This document shows, in pieces, positions 1 through 7,934 of a DNA stretch of 45,965 nucleotides (positions are counted from its first letter, which is position 1; each line of letters starts with the position of its first letter). The notes under the pieces were generated by a model, which made no database searches, had not been told where the DNA came from, and was given only the letters and a program-made list of their open reading frames with translations. The DNA is taken from contig JAGQTL010000025.1 of the NCBI GenBank assembly GCA_020439035.1, forward strand, positions 1 to 45,965. Direction: 5' to 3'. Both the position numbers and the translations under genes were made by a program. This DNA is from Leucobacter sp. (GTDB lineage: Bacteria > Actinomycetota > Actinomycetes > Actinomycetales > Microbacteriaceae).

Positions 1-1
1 C

Positions 2-466
2 GACGAGTACGGCGGCACCGCGGGCCTCGTCACGCTCGAGGATCTGGTCGAGGAGATTGTGGGCGAGGTCGCCGACGAACACGATCGCGCGCGCGCCGGG
101 GTGGTCGGCACGGCCGACGAGATGACACTGCCGGCGGATCTGCGCCCCGACGAGGTGCGCGAGCAGACGGGCATCGAGATCCCCGAGAGCGACGACTACG
201 ACACGATCGCCGGCTACGTGCTGCTGCAGCTCGGCCGCATCCCCGTGGTCGGCGACGCCGTCGAACTGCCGGGTGCCGACCATACGGGCAGCGCGGTGCT
301 CCGGGTCGAGCGCATGGACGGGCGCAGGATCGCGCGCCTGCGCTATCTCGGCCCCGGCACCGCGGGTGCGGCGGGCGGCGGCTCCGATCCCGCGGTCGCC
401 GACACGGGTGCGGGCGACTCCGCGCCGCCTCCCGCGCGCGGCGAACACGAACGGGGGCGGCGATGA
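2..466 (+). CDS. Hemolysin-family (CNNM/CBS/CorC_HlyC) protein, 5'-truncated by the window
   Basis: Frame is open from base 2 and reads DEYGGTAGLVTLEDLVEEIVGEVADEHD (end of CBS pair), then the CorC_HlyC domain (DYDTIAGYVLLQLGRIPVVGD...RVERMDGRRI). The stop overlaps the next start (ATGA). Confidence 0.9.
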   Translation, partial: DEYGGTAGLVTLEDLVEEIVGEVADEHDRARAGVVGTADEMTLPADLRPDEVREQTGIEIPESDDYDTIAGYVLLQLGRIPVVGDAVELPGADHTGSAVLRVERMDGRRIARLRYLGPGTAGAAGGGSDPAVADTGAGDSAPPPARGEHERGRR

Positions 467-1512
467 GCGACTGGCTCGGCATCGTCTGGCTCGCCGTGCT
501 GCTGGCGGTCAACGCCTTTTTCGTCGCGGCGGAGTTCGCCGTCATCTCCGCGCGCCGCTCGCAGATCGAGCCGAAGGCCGAGGCGGGGTCGAAGCGCGCG
601 CGGACGGCGCTCTACGCCATGGAGCATGCGACGCTCATGCTCGCCACGAGCCAGCTCGGCATCACGGTCTGCTCCCTGCTCATCCTGAACGTGTCGGAAC
701 CCGCGATCCACCATCTGCTCGAGGGTCCGCTCCAGTGGACCGGCCTCTCGGCGAGCGCCGTGACCGTCGTCGCGTTCGCCATCACGCTCGTGCTCGTGTC
801 GTACCTGCACGTGGTCTTCGGCGAGATGGTGCCGAAGAACGCGGCCTTCTCGATGCCCGAGCAGGCCGTGCTGCTGCTCGCGCCCCCGCTCGTCTGGATC
901 TCGCACGTGCTGCGGCACATCATCGCGGGCTTGAACGCGGTCGCCAACGGCGTCCTCCGAGTCTTCCGCGTCGAGCCGAAGTCCGAGGCGAACGCCACCT
1001 TCACGCTCGAGGAGGTGGCGAACATCGTGAGCCATTCGACTCGCGAGGGCGTGCTCTCCGACCGCAGCGGCGCGGTGAGCGCCGCGTTCGAATTCACGGC
1101 GAAGCGCGCGATCGATCTCGTCGTGCCGCGCGCGCGACTCGTCGTACTGCCGCTCGGCGCGACGCCCGAGGATGTCGAGGCCGAGGTCGCCCGGCACGGC
1201 TACTCCCGGTACCCGATGTGCGACAGCGCTGGGGAACTCGCGGGTTACGTGCACGTGAAGGACCTGCTGCGCATCTCCGAGGATCGGATCGCCGAGGCGA
1301 TCCCGCCGAAGCGGATGCGCGAGATGCTGACGCTGCGCGCCGATACCGACCTGGAAGACGTGCTCGCGCGCATGCAGGCGCGCGGCGTGCACCTCGCCCG
1401 GGTCGTCGATGCGACGGGCGGTGAGCTCGGCGTTGTGTTCCTCGAGGACGTGATCGAGGAGCTCGTCGGCGAGATCCACGACGCGACTCGGCGACAACGG
1501 TATTCGGACTGA
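463..1512 (+). CDS. Hemolysin-family protein (CNNM/DUF21 membrane domain + CBS pair)
   Basis: Motifs NAFFVAAEFA, SQLGITVCSL, LHVVFGEMVPK, GYSRYP and LEDVIEELVGEI. Tandem pairs of these genes are typical of actinobacteria. Confidence 0.92.
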   Translation: MSDWLGIVWLAVLLAVNAFFVAAEFAVISARRSQIEPKAEAGSKRARTALYAMEHATLMLATSQLGITVCSLLILNVSEPAIHHLLEGPLQWTGLSASAVTVVAFAITLVLVSYLHVVFGEMVPKNAAFSMPEQAVLLLAPPLVWISHVLRHIIAGLNAVANGVLRVFRVEPKSEANATFTLEEVANIVSHSTREGVLSDRSGAVSAAFEFTAKRAIDLVVPRARLVVLPLGATPEDVEAEVARHGYSRYPMCDSAGELAGYVHVKDLLRISEDRIAEAIPPKRMREMLTLRADTDLEDVLARMQARGVHLARVVDATGGELGVVFLEDVIEELVGEIHDATRRQRYSD

Positions 1513-1560
1513 GCGGCGCGGTTCGGCGCCGCGGGCGGAGCCTCGGGGTGCCGGCTGCTC

Positions 1561-1644
1561 TGGGACCTGGGACCTGGGGCCTGAGACCTGGGGCCTGGGG
1601 CCTGGGGCCTGGGGCCTGGGGCTTGCTGCTTGGCGCCTGGTGCT
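1561..1644. repeat. 7-bp tandem repeat (consensus TGGGGCC), 12 degenerate units
   Basis: tgggacc tgggacc tggggcc tgagacc tggggcc x4 tggggct tgctgct tggcgcc tggtgct, lying between convergent genes. Confidence 0.9.
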
Positions 1645-1664
1645 CTGCAGCTCTGGTCGTCAGC

Positions 1665-2876
1665 TCAGACCGCTACGGCGAGTAGGCGCTGCAGTTCGGC
1701 GCCCACGCGCTCGTGCTCGATCAGGAAGGCGTCGTGCCCGAACGGCGAGTCGAGCCGCGTCGCGAGGTCGCCGTCGAGGCTGCCCGGGGCGAGCCCCGCG
1801 ATCACGTCCTGGCCGTCGAGCGTGAACAGTCGATCGCTTGGGATGCCGAGCACGAGGGTCGGCACGACGAGCCCCGCGAGCGCCGCGGCCACACCGCCGC
1901 GCCCGCGACCCACGTCGTGCGAGTTCATGGCCTGCACGAGCGTGAGATAGCTGTTGGCGTCGAAGCGCCGCGTGAACTTGTTGCCGTGGAAATCAAGGTA
2001 GCTCTCGACGGCGAAGCGGCCGCCGCCGCCGAGCGGGCTCACCGCGGACTGCCACGCCCGCCCGAAGCGCTCGTCGAGCTCCGTGTTGCTGCGGTAGTTC
2101 AGCAGCGCGAGCCGCCGCGCCGTCGCGAGGCCGTGGTACGGGCCGACGCCGTCGGGGGAGTCGTAGTAGCTGCCCTCTCGCCAGGCGGGATCCGACCTGA
2201 TGGCCTCCAGCTGCACGAGGTTGAGGCCGATCTGGTCGGCCGTCGTCACGGGAGGCGCGGCGATCACGGCGAGGCGTTCGACCCGTTCGGGGTGCATCAG
2301 AGCCCATTCGAGGGCGTGCATGCCGCCCATGGATCCCCCGACGACGGCCGCGAAGCGGTCGATGCGGAGCGCATCGGCGAACGCGGCGGTCGCCTCGACC
2401 TGATCGCGGATCGTGAGGTAGGGGAAGCGCGCCGCCCACTCCCGGCCCTCGGGGTCGAGGCTCGCGGGGCCGGTCGATCCCTGACAACCGCCCAGCACGT
2501 TCGGCGCGACGACGCAGTACCGGTCGGTGTCGAGGGCCTTGCCCGGTCCGACGATCTCGTCCCACCAGCCGTCAGTCGGGTGGCCGGGCCCGGCGCGTCC
2601 GACGAGGTGGCTGTCGCCGGTGAGCGCATGGAAGACGAGGATCGCATTGTCGCGCGCGGCGTTGAGCTCGCCGAAGGTCTCGTAGGCCAATCGTGCGTGC
2701 GGAATGGTGTCGCCGAACTCGGTGGTGACCGTGCCGATGCTCGCGAATCGGCGGTTGCCCACGGGGTCGCCGTCGCGCCAGCCGCCGCTGATCGGAGGCC
2801 GCCCAATGATCGCCCGCAACTGCGCATCGGTGATGAAGTCGGTCGGTGCCGAATCCTCGGGGGTCTGCCAGTCCAT
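1665..2876 (-). CDS. metX: Homoserine O-acetyltransferase
   Basis: HALTGDSH, NVLGGCQGSTGP, GGSMGG nucleophile elbow, RFDANSY and FGHDAFL motifs; linked to metY. Confidence 0.95.
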   Translation of the reverse strand: MDWQTPEDSAPTDFITDAQLRAIIGRPPISGGWRDGDPVGNRRFASIGTVTTEFGDTIPHARLAYETFGELNAARDNAILVFHALTGDSHLVGRAGPGHPTDGWWDEIVGPGKALDTDRYCVVAPNVLGGCQGSTGPASLDPEGREWAARFPYLTIRDQVEATAAFADALRIDRFAAVVGGSMGGMHALEWALMHPERVERLAVIAAPPVTTADQIGLNLVQLEAIRSDPAWREGSYYDSPDGVGPYHGLATARRLALLNYRSNTELDERFGRAWQSAVSPLGGGGRFAVESYLDFHGNKFTRRFDANSYLTLVQAMNSHDVGRGRGGVAAALAGLVVPTLVLGIPSDRLFTLDGQDVIAGLAPGSLDGDLATRLDSPFGHDAFLIEHERVGAELQRLLAVAV

Positions 2877-2986
2877 GCGTCAATTGTGCCCGGCCCGCGC
2901 GGCACCCGTGCGATTGTTACGCGTCCAGCCGAGACGATCGAGGCGGCGCGCCCCCTGATAGCGCCCCTGCGCCGTCGCCTGCGCAG

Positions 2987-3053
2987 CCCAAGGAATCTGC
3001 AGCATCCAAGTAACAATCGGGCATATCGGCTTGTCTGCTGCAGATCGCTTGTG
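2987..3053. repeat. 67-bp hairpin repeat, copy A (diverged)
   Basis: cccaaggaatctgcagca...tgctgcagatcgcttgtg; aligns without gaps to copy C, 47/67 identical by hand count. Confidence 0.8.
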
Positions 3054-3056
3054 CTG

Positions 3057-3240
3057 TGCATGCCGCTTGTGCCGTTTGCTCCGTGCGGGCCGCATTGGCC
3101 TTGCATGCCGCTTGCGCCGCTTGCGCCGTGCGGGCCGCATTGGCCTTGCATGCCGCTTGCGCAGCGCAGGCCGCTCGTGCAGCGCAGACTGCTTGTGCAG
3201 CCCTGCCTGTTTGCGCCGCTTACGCCGCTTGCGCAGTGCA
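3057..3240. repeat. Minisatellite: 45-bp unit x2 plus a partial unit, built from 9-bp ccgcttgcg-like subunits
   Basis: tgcatgccgcttgYgccgYttgcKccgtgcgggccgcattggcct at 3057 and 3102, partial at 3147, then degenerate 9/18-mers up to ~3240. Confidence 0.85.
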
Positions 3241-3303
3241 GATTTGTCGTGCGCCGCGGGTGCACCGAGCGCCGTGGACCGCGCCCTTCGACGCGCGCAC
3301 CGG

Positions 3304-4116
3304 TCATGCGCCGCGCAGGTGCAGGCCCTGACCGATCGCCTGCATGATGAGCGACTGAACCGCCGGCCACCGCTCCATCACGTCGACATATCCGACGCGG
3401 ATGACGGTATACCCGCGGAGGCGGAGTTCGGCGTCGTGCCGGATGTCGGCGCTGCGCTGCAGGCCGACATGCGTGCCTCCGTCGATCTGCAGCACCAGCC
3501 GTTCGCCGATCAGGAAGTCGACGCGATGCCCGAGCAGCCATGCCTGCCACGTGATGCTCACGCGCAGCCAACCGAGTCGCAGGCGGACGTACGATTCGAG
3601 GCCGGAGCCGGCGAAGGGGCTTGCGGCCTCGAGCACGGCCCTCGCCCTGCCGCGGAAGTGCATTCCGCGAAGCTTGTCGAGGTCGACGAGTCCGGTGTGG
3701 AGCGCCGAATCCCAGACGGCGACCGCCTCCTCATGCGGGACACAGCGCGCGACCTGGTCGAGCATGTTTTCCGGCGGCTCGACCAGCGCGCCCGGCGGAC
3801 GGGGAACGATCGGCCTGCCCCAGTGGAGGACGGCTCCCGGCGGCCGGGTTTCCGATCCCGCGCACCGCACCGCGAAATGCGGCGCAGTGCGCGAACGCGA
3901 CCAGAGACCCTGCCGCTCGGCGGCCGTGATGCAGGCGATCACCAGTCCGTTCGCCGCGGCGCGCAGAAGATCGGGATCGGCGCTCGGCCGTGCGATCCAC
4001 CCGCGACGTGGGCGCGTGAGTTCGCCGCGGGCGACGGCGGCGGAGATTCGATGCCGGCTCCAGCCAGAGGAGAGCAGGTCGGCGGTGCGGGCGATACCGT
4101 TCGAGGGGAGCGTCAT
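3304..4116 (-). CDS. DUF559/Vsr-like endonuclease-domain protein with a short AbiEi-like N-terminal HTH
   Basis: N-terminus GIARTADLLSSGWSRHRISAAVARGELTRPRRGW; C-terminus SGLES...HRVDFLIGERLVLQIDGGTH...DIRHDAELRLRGYTVIRV. Start placed at ATG 4116 (270 aa), 6 nt after a CAGACT -10-like hexamer. The longer ORF start lies in repeat DNA. Confidence 0.85.
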   Translation of the reverse strand: MTLPSNGIARTADLLSSGWSRHRISAAVARGELTRPRRGWIARPSADPDLLRAAANGLVIACITAAERQGLWSRSRTAPHFAVRCAGSETRPPGAVLHWGRPIVPRPPGALVEPPENMLDQVARCVPHEEAVAVWDSALHTGLVDLDKLRGMHFRGRARAVLEAASPFAGSGLESYVRLRLGWLRVSITWQAWLLGHRVDFLIGERLVLQIDGGTHVGLQRSADIRHDAELRLRGYTVIRVGYVDVMERWPAVQSLIMQAIGQGLHLRGA

Positions 4117-4137
4117 TCCTGCAGTCTGCTCGCTCAG

Positions 4138-4159
4138 GCGAGTGCTCGGGAGCGCTCGC
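4138..4159. promoter_or_regulatory. Inverted repeat over the predicted -35 of the DUF559 gene (candidate operator)
   Basis: gcgagtgctc-gg-gagcgctcgc, 9/10 dyad; the predicted -10 is at 4123-4128 on the minus strand. Confidence 0.4.
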
Positions 4160-4345
4160 GCCGATCTGGGGAGAACTCGCCGGTGCGGCGGGTTCCCGCG
4201 GGTTGGGAGCGCCGAACCGATGCGTTCGATGCCGGTGACCCCTCTCGCTGCACGGGCTGCGGGCTGTGGGGGTTGCGAGTTGCGTGGGCTACGCGGCCGT
4301 GATGATCGGCGAGCTGCGTGCGCTGCCCGGGCTGGGGCGGCATAA

Positions 4346-4412
4346 CCCAAGCGATCTGCGTGATCTAAGCCGAAATCGTGGATTTTAGCTTTTTCTTCTC
4401 AGATCGCTTGGG
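4346..4412. repeat. 67-bp hairpin repeat, copy B
   Basis: cccaagcgatctg...cagatcgcttggg, 13-bp perfect terminal inverted repeat; 64/67 identical to copy C. Confidence 0.92.
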
Positions 4413-4601
4413 CGATGCAGACGATCGCGGGGTACCGAGGCACCGAGGCACCGAGGCACCGAGGCGACCAGGCGCCGGGGCATCGGCGCCGGGGTTCGAT
4501 ACCGGCGGCGCCTCTCGCTGCGCCGGCTGCGCGGACTGCGCCGGCTGCTCGTGCTGCGTAGGCTGCCCGGGCCGCGGGCGCGCCGGGCAGGGACGGCAAA
4601 A

Positions 4602-4668
4602 CCCAAGCGATCTGCGTGATCCAAGCCGAAATCGTGGATTTCAGCTTTTTCTTCGCAGATCGCTTGGG
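4602..4668. repeat. 67-bp hairpin repeat, copy C
   Basis: cccaagcgatctgcg...cgcagatcgcttggg, 15-bp perfect stem, with inner stem aagccgaaatc/gatttcagctt. Confidence 0.92.
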
Positions 4669-4766
4669 TCATGCAGACGATCGCAGGGCAGCGAGGCACC
4701 GGAGCACCGAGACACCCCAGCACCGAGACACCGGAGCACCGAGGCCGGCCCGAGGGCCGGCGGGGC

Positions 4767-6089
4767 CTATGCGTCGGCCGACGCGCGCAGCTCGCGGGCT
4801 GCGGCGAAGCCGGCCTCGAGATCCGCCTTGATGTCGTCGATGTGCTCGAGCCCGACCGAGAGGCGCACGAGGCCCGGGGTCACGCCCGCGGTCAGCTGCT
4901 GCTCGGGGGTGAGCTGCGAATGCGTGGTCGACGCCGGGTGGATGACGAGCGAGCGCACATCGCCGATGTTGGCGACGTGGCTGAACAGCGTGAGCGCGTC
5001 GAGGAACGCCTTGCCCGCGTTGACGCCGCCCTTGAGCTCGAAGGAGAGCACGGCGCCGACGCCCTTCGGCGCGTAACGGTTCGCGTTCGCGTACCAGGGC
5101 GACGACGGCAGGCCGGAGTACGAGACCGATGCGACGTCGGCGTGGGCCTCGAGCCACTCGGCGATCTCCTGCGCGTTCTGCACGTGGCGCTCCATGCGCA
5201 GCGAGAGCGTCTCGATGCCCTGCAGCAGCTGCCAGGCGCTCTGCGGAGCGATGGCCGAACCGAGGTCGCGCAGCAGCTGCACGCGGGCCTTGATGATGTA
5301 GGCGATCGCATCGCCGACGGCCTGCGTGTAGACGACGCCGTTGTACGAGTCGTCGGGCGTGTTCAGGCCCGGGAACCGGTCGGCGTGCTGCGACCACGGG
5401 AAGGTGCCTCCGTCGACGATCACGCCGCCCATCGTCGTGCCGTGGCCGCCGAGGAACTTCGTGGCCGAGTGCGTCACGATGTCGGCGCCGTGCTCGAGCG
5501 GGCGCACGAGGTAGGGGCTCGCGATGGTGTTGTCAATGATGAGCGGCAGGCCGTTCTCGTGGGCGACGTCGGCGACGGCGCGGATATCGAGCACGTTCGA
5601 GCGCGGGTTCGCGATCGACTCGGCGAAGAACAGCTTCGTGTTCGGGCGCACCGCGCGCTGCCACGCCGCCGGATCGTCCTGATCCTCGACGAAGGTGACC
5701 TCGATGCCGAGCTTGGCCAGCGAGTACTTGAACAGGTTGTAGGTGCCGCCGTAGATGGAGCTCGACGAGACGATGTGGTCGCCGGAGTTCGCGATGTTCA
5801 GCACGGCGAACGTCGATGCCGCCTGGCCGCTCGCGAGGAACAGCGCCGCGGCGCCGCCCTCGAGCGCGGCGACGCGCTCCTCGGCGACGGCCTGCGTCGG
5901 GTTGGTGATGCGCGTGTAGATGGGGCCGAGCTCGGCGAGCGCGAAGCGGTTCGCGGCCTGCTCCGTGCTCTCGAACACGAAGGCGGTCGTCTGCTGGATC
6001 GGCAGGGCACGCGCGCCGCTCACCGGGTCGGGCTGCTGACCCGCATGGATCTGTTTGGTCTCGAAGTTCCAGTTCTGCTCGTTGCTCAT
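4767..6089 (-). CDS. metY: O-acetylhomoserine aminocarboxypropyltransferase (sulfhydrylase), PLP-dependent
   Basis: [35 protein letters not shown] (PLP lysine), [30 protein letters not shown] precedes ATG 6089. Confidence 0.93.
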   Translation of the reverse strand: MSNEQNWNFETKQIHAGQQPDPVSGARALPIQQTTAFVFESTEQAANRFALAELGPIYTRITNPTQAVAEERVAALEGGAAALFLASGQAASTFAVLNIANSGDHIVSSSSIYGGTYNLFKYSLAKLGIEVTFVEDQDDPAAWQRAVRPNTKLFFAESIANPRSNVLDIRAVADVAHENGLPLIIDNTIASPYLVRPLEHGADIVTHSATKFLGGHGTTMGGVIVDGGTFPWSQHADRFPGLNTPDDSYNGVVYTQAVGDAIAYIIKARVQLLRDLGSAIAPQSAWQLLQGIETLSLRMERHVQNAQEIAEWLEAHADVASVSYSGLPSSPWYANANRYAPKGVGAVLSFELKGGVNAGKAFLDALTLFSHVANIGDVRSLVIHPASTTHSQLTPEQQLTAGVTPGLVRLSVGLEHIDDIKADLEAGFAAARELRASADA

Positions 6090-6252
6090 GATGGCTCCTT
6101 GAACGTCTGCGTATGAACGATGCTTCGGACGAGCGTACGCAGAGCGTCGCGCATGGGCAAGCGGGGGAGACATGCCGCGTCACATTCTGGGGGCGCGGCC
6201 GGGATCGGCGCGAGTAGGCTGAAGACTTCAGTACGCGGGGCGAGGAGGGATC

Positions 6253-7053
6253 ATGCTGCGGCGTGTCGTAGTGACCGGGGCGAGCTCGGGGATCGGTGCG
6301 GCGAGTGTGCGCCGCTTCGCGGAACTCGGCTGGCGGACCGTGGCGGTGGCGCGCCGTGCGGATCGCCTGGCCGCCCTCGCCGCGGAAACCGGCGCCTACC
6401 CCGTCGTCTGCGACGTCACCGATGAGGCGCAGGTCGCTGACCTGGCACGTGAGGTGGCCGCGAGCGGCGGCGCCGACGCCCTGGTGAACAACGCCGGGGG
6501 AGCGCTCGGCGTGGAGTCGGTCGAGCACTCGCGGAACGACGACTGGCGGCGGATGTTCGAGGTCAACGTGATCGGCCTGCGCAACGTCACCGCCGCGCTG
6601 CTCCCGGTGCTGCGCGATGGGATCCGGGCGGAACGCGGCACGGCGGGCGGGCCCGGGGGCCACGGTTGGGCGTCGATCCTCAATCTCACGTCGACCGCCG
6701 GCCTCGCGGCTTATCCCGGCGGGGGAGGCTACAATGCGGCGAAGTACGCCGCGCACGCGGTGACCGAGGTGCTGCGACTCGAACTCGCCGGAGAGCCGAT
6801 CCGCGTGATGGAGCTCGCGCCCGGTCTCGTGCACACCGAGGAGTTCACGCTGAACCGGGTGCGCGGCGACGTCGAGGCCGCGCGCACCCCGTACGAGAAC
6901 GTGACGCCGCTCACCGCCGAGGAGGTCGCCCGGGTGCTCGTCGGCGCCTTCGAGCAGCCGCCGCACGTGAACCAGGATCTCATCGTACTGCGGCCCGTCG
7001 CCCAGTCGAGCGTGTTCCATGTGCACCGCGGGCCGCTCGAGGCGAAACCCTGA
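6253..7053 (+). CDS. SDR-family oxidoreductase (YdfG-like)
   Basis: [18 protein letters not shown] (YxxxK) and PGLVHTEEF motifs; GAGGAGG RBS. Confidence 0.9.
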   Translation: MLRRVVVTGASSGIGAASVRRFAELGWRTVAVARRADRLAALAAETGAYPVVCDVTDEAQVADLAREVAASGGADALVNNAGGALGVESVEHSRNDDWRRMFEVNVIGLRNVTAALLPVLRDGIRAERGTAGGPGGHGWASILNLTSTAGLAAYPGGGGYNAAKYAAHAVTEVLRLELAGEPIRVMELAPGLVHTEEFTLNRVRGDVEAARTPYENVTPLTAEEVARVLVGAFEQPPHVNQDLIVLRPVAQSSVFHVHRGPLEAKP

Positions 7054-7061
7054 TCGTGGCG

Positions 7062-7748
7062 ATGAATCTGCGGCAGCTGGCCGAGCACGGGTACGTCGCG
7101 GCGGATTGGGCGGCGGCGCTCGCGCCGATGGAGGATCGCCTGGGCGAGCTCGGTCGGTTCCTGAACGCCGAGCGCGCGGCCGGCCACCAAGTGCTGCCGG
7201 CCGGCGATCGCATCCTCGCGGCCTTCGCCCGCCCCATGAGCGAGGTGCGGGTGCTCATCGTGGGGCAGGATCCGTATCCGACGCCGGGGCACCCGATCGG
7301 CCTCTCGTTCGCGACGGCGCCGCAGGTGCGGCCGCTGCCGCGCAGCCTGCAGAACATCTACCGCGAGCTCAACGACGACCTCGGGATCCCTCCCGCCGCC
7401 CACGGCGACCTCACCGCCTGGGCCGACCACGGCGTCATGCTGCTCAATCGCGTGCTCACGGTGCGCGCCGGCGCGCCGGCCTCGCATCGCGGCAAGGGGT
7501 GGGAGGCCTTCACGGAGCACGCGATCCGCGCGCTGGTGGATCGCGGCGGCCCGCTCGTGGCGATCCTCTGGGGCAACGACGCGCGCTCGCTGGCTCCGCT
7601 GCTCGGCGATGTGCCGCGGATCGAGAGCCCGCATCCATCGCCCCTCTCGGCCTCGCGGGGGTTCTTCGGATCCCGCCCGTTCAGCCGGGCCGACGAGGCG
7701 CTGCGGGCGCGCGGATCGGACCCCGTCGACTGGCGCCTCGCGAGCTGA
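7062..7748 (+). CDS. ung: Uracil-DNA glycosylase (family 1)
   Basis: [32 protein letters not shown] and HPSPLS motifs. Start is ATG 7062 or GTG 7056. Confidence 0.95.
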   Translation: MNLRQLAEHGYVAADWAAALAPMEDRLGELGRFLNAERAAGHQVLPAGDRILAAFARPMSEVRVLIVGQDPYPTPGHPIGLSFATAPQVRPLPRSLQNIYRELNDDLGIPPAAHGDLTAWADHGVMLLNRVLTVRAGAPASHRGKGWEAFTEHAIRALVDRGGPLVAILWGNDARSLAPLLGDVPRIESPHPSPLSASRGFFGSRPFSRADEALRARGSDPVDWRLAS

Positions 7749-7799
7749 GGCCCCGGCCCGCGGGCCGTGCCGCCGGATCGGCGTGACCTGCCGCGCCCA

Positions 7800-7875
7800 C
7801 TCATCACCTGCACAATGAGGCCCCGGCCTGTCGTTCACTTCGCCGATGCCCACCCCGGTTGCCGCTGAATACGCT
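7800..7875 (+). promoter_or_regulatory. Candidate activator site pair plus -10 upstream of HpaB-like gene 1
   Basis: ctcatcacctgcacaa (7800), tcgttcacttcgccga (7831) and TACGCT (7870). The same geometry recurs at 12669/12700/12738. Confidence 0.35.
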
Positions 7876-7934
7876 GTCGAACGGGTGCCCGTATGTGCCC
7901 GGATCGTAGCGAAGAACGAAGACAAGGGGTCCGC

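Larger units (their letters stand above)
4224..4745. repeat. Two composite units (~256-270 bp): gttcgat..cctctcgctgc head, 9-mer tract, 67-bp hairpin, atgcagacgatcgc, 8-mer tract
   Basis: Heads at 4224 and 4494; hairpins at 4346 and 4602; accgaggc x4 at 4434-4465 and seven variant 8-mers at 4690-4745. Confidence 0.85.

Noticed and set aside
2880..3347. Short repetitive ORFs (MPLAPLAPCGPHWPC..., MHAACAVCSVRAALAL...) as Cys-rich peptides or RiPP precursors
   Set aside because: They are by-products of 9/45-bp repeats that stay open in several frames, with no RBS or modifying enzymes nearby.
3304..4116. Complete type IV toxin-antitoxin (AbiE) system
   Set aside because: No AbiEii nucleotidyltransferase gene is adjacent; only the N-terminal HTH resembles AbiEi.
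4117..4350. N-terminal extension of the DUF559 ORF (348-aa version)
   Set aside because: It runs through repeat DNA, is low-complexity, and a better start with a -10 hexamer exists at 4116.
2987..4745. CRISPR array interpretation of the hairpin repeats
   Set aside because: The repeats are 67 bp and only three, the intervals (189 bp and ~1.3 kb) are low-complexity or coding, and there are no cas genes.
6090..6252. SAM riboswitch upstream of metY
   Set aside because: I could not recognise SAM-I or SAM-IV core motifs and the predicted leader is short. An Rfam scan would settle it.
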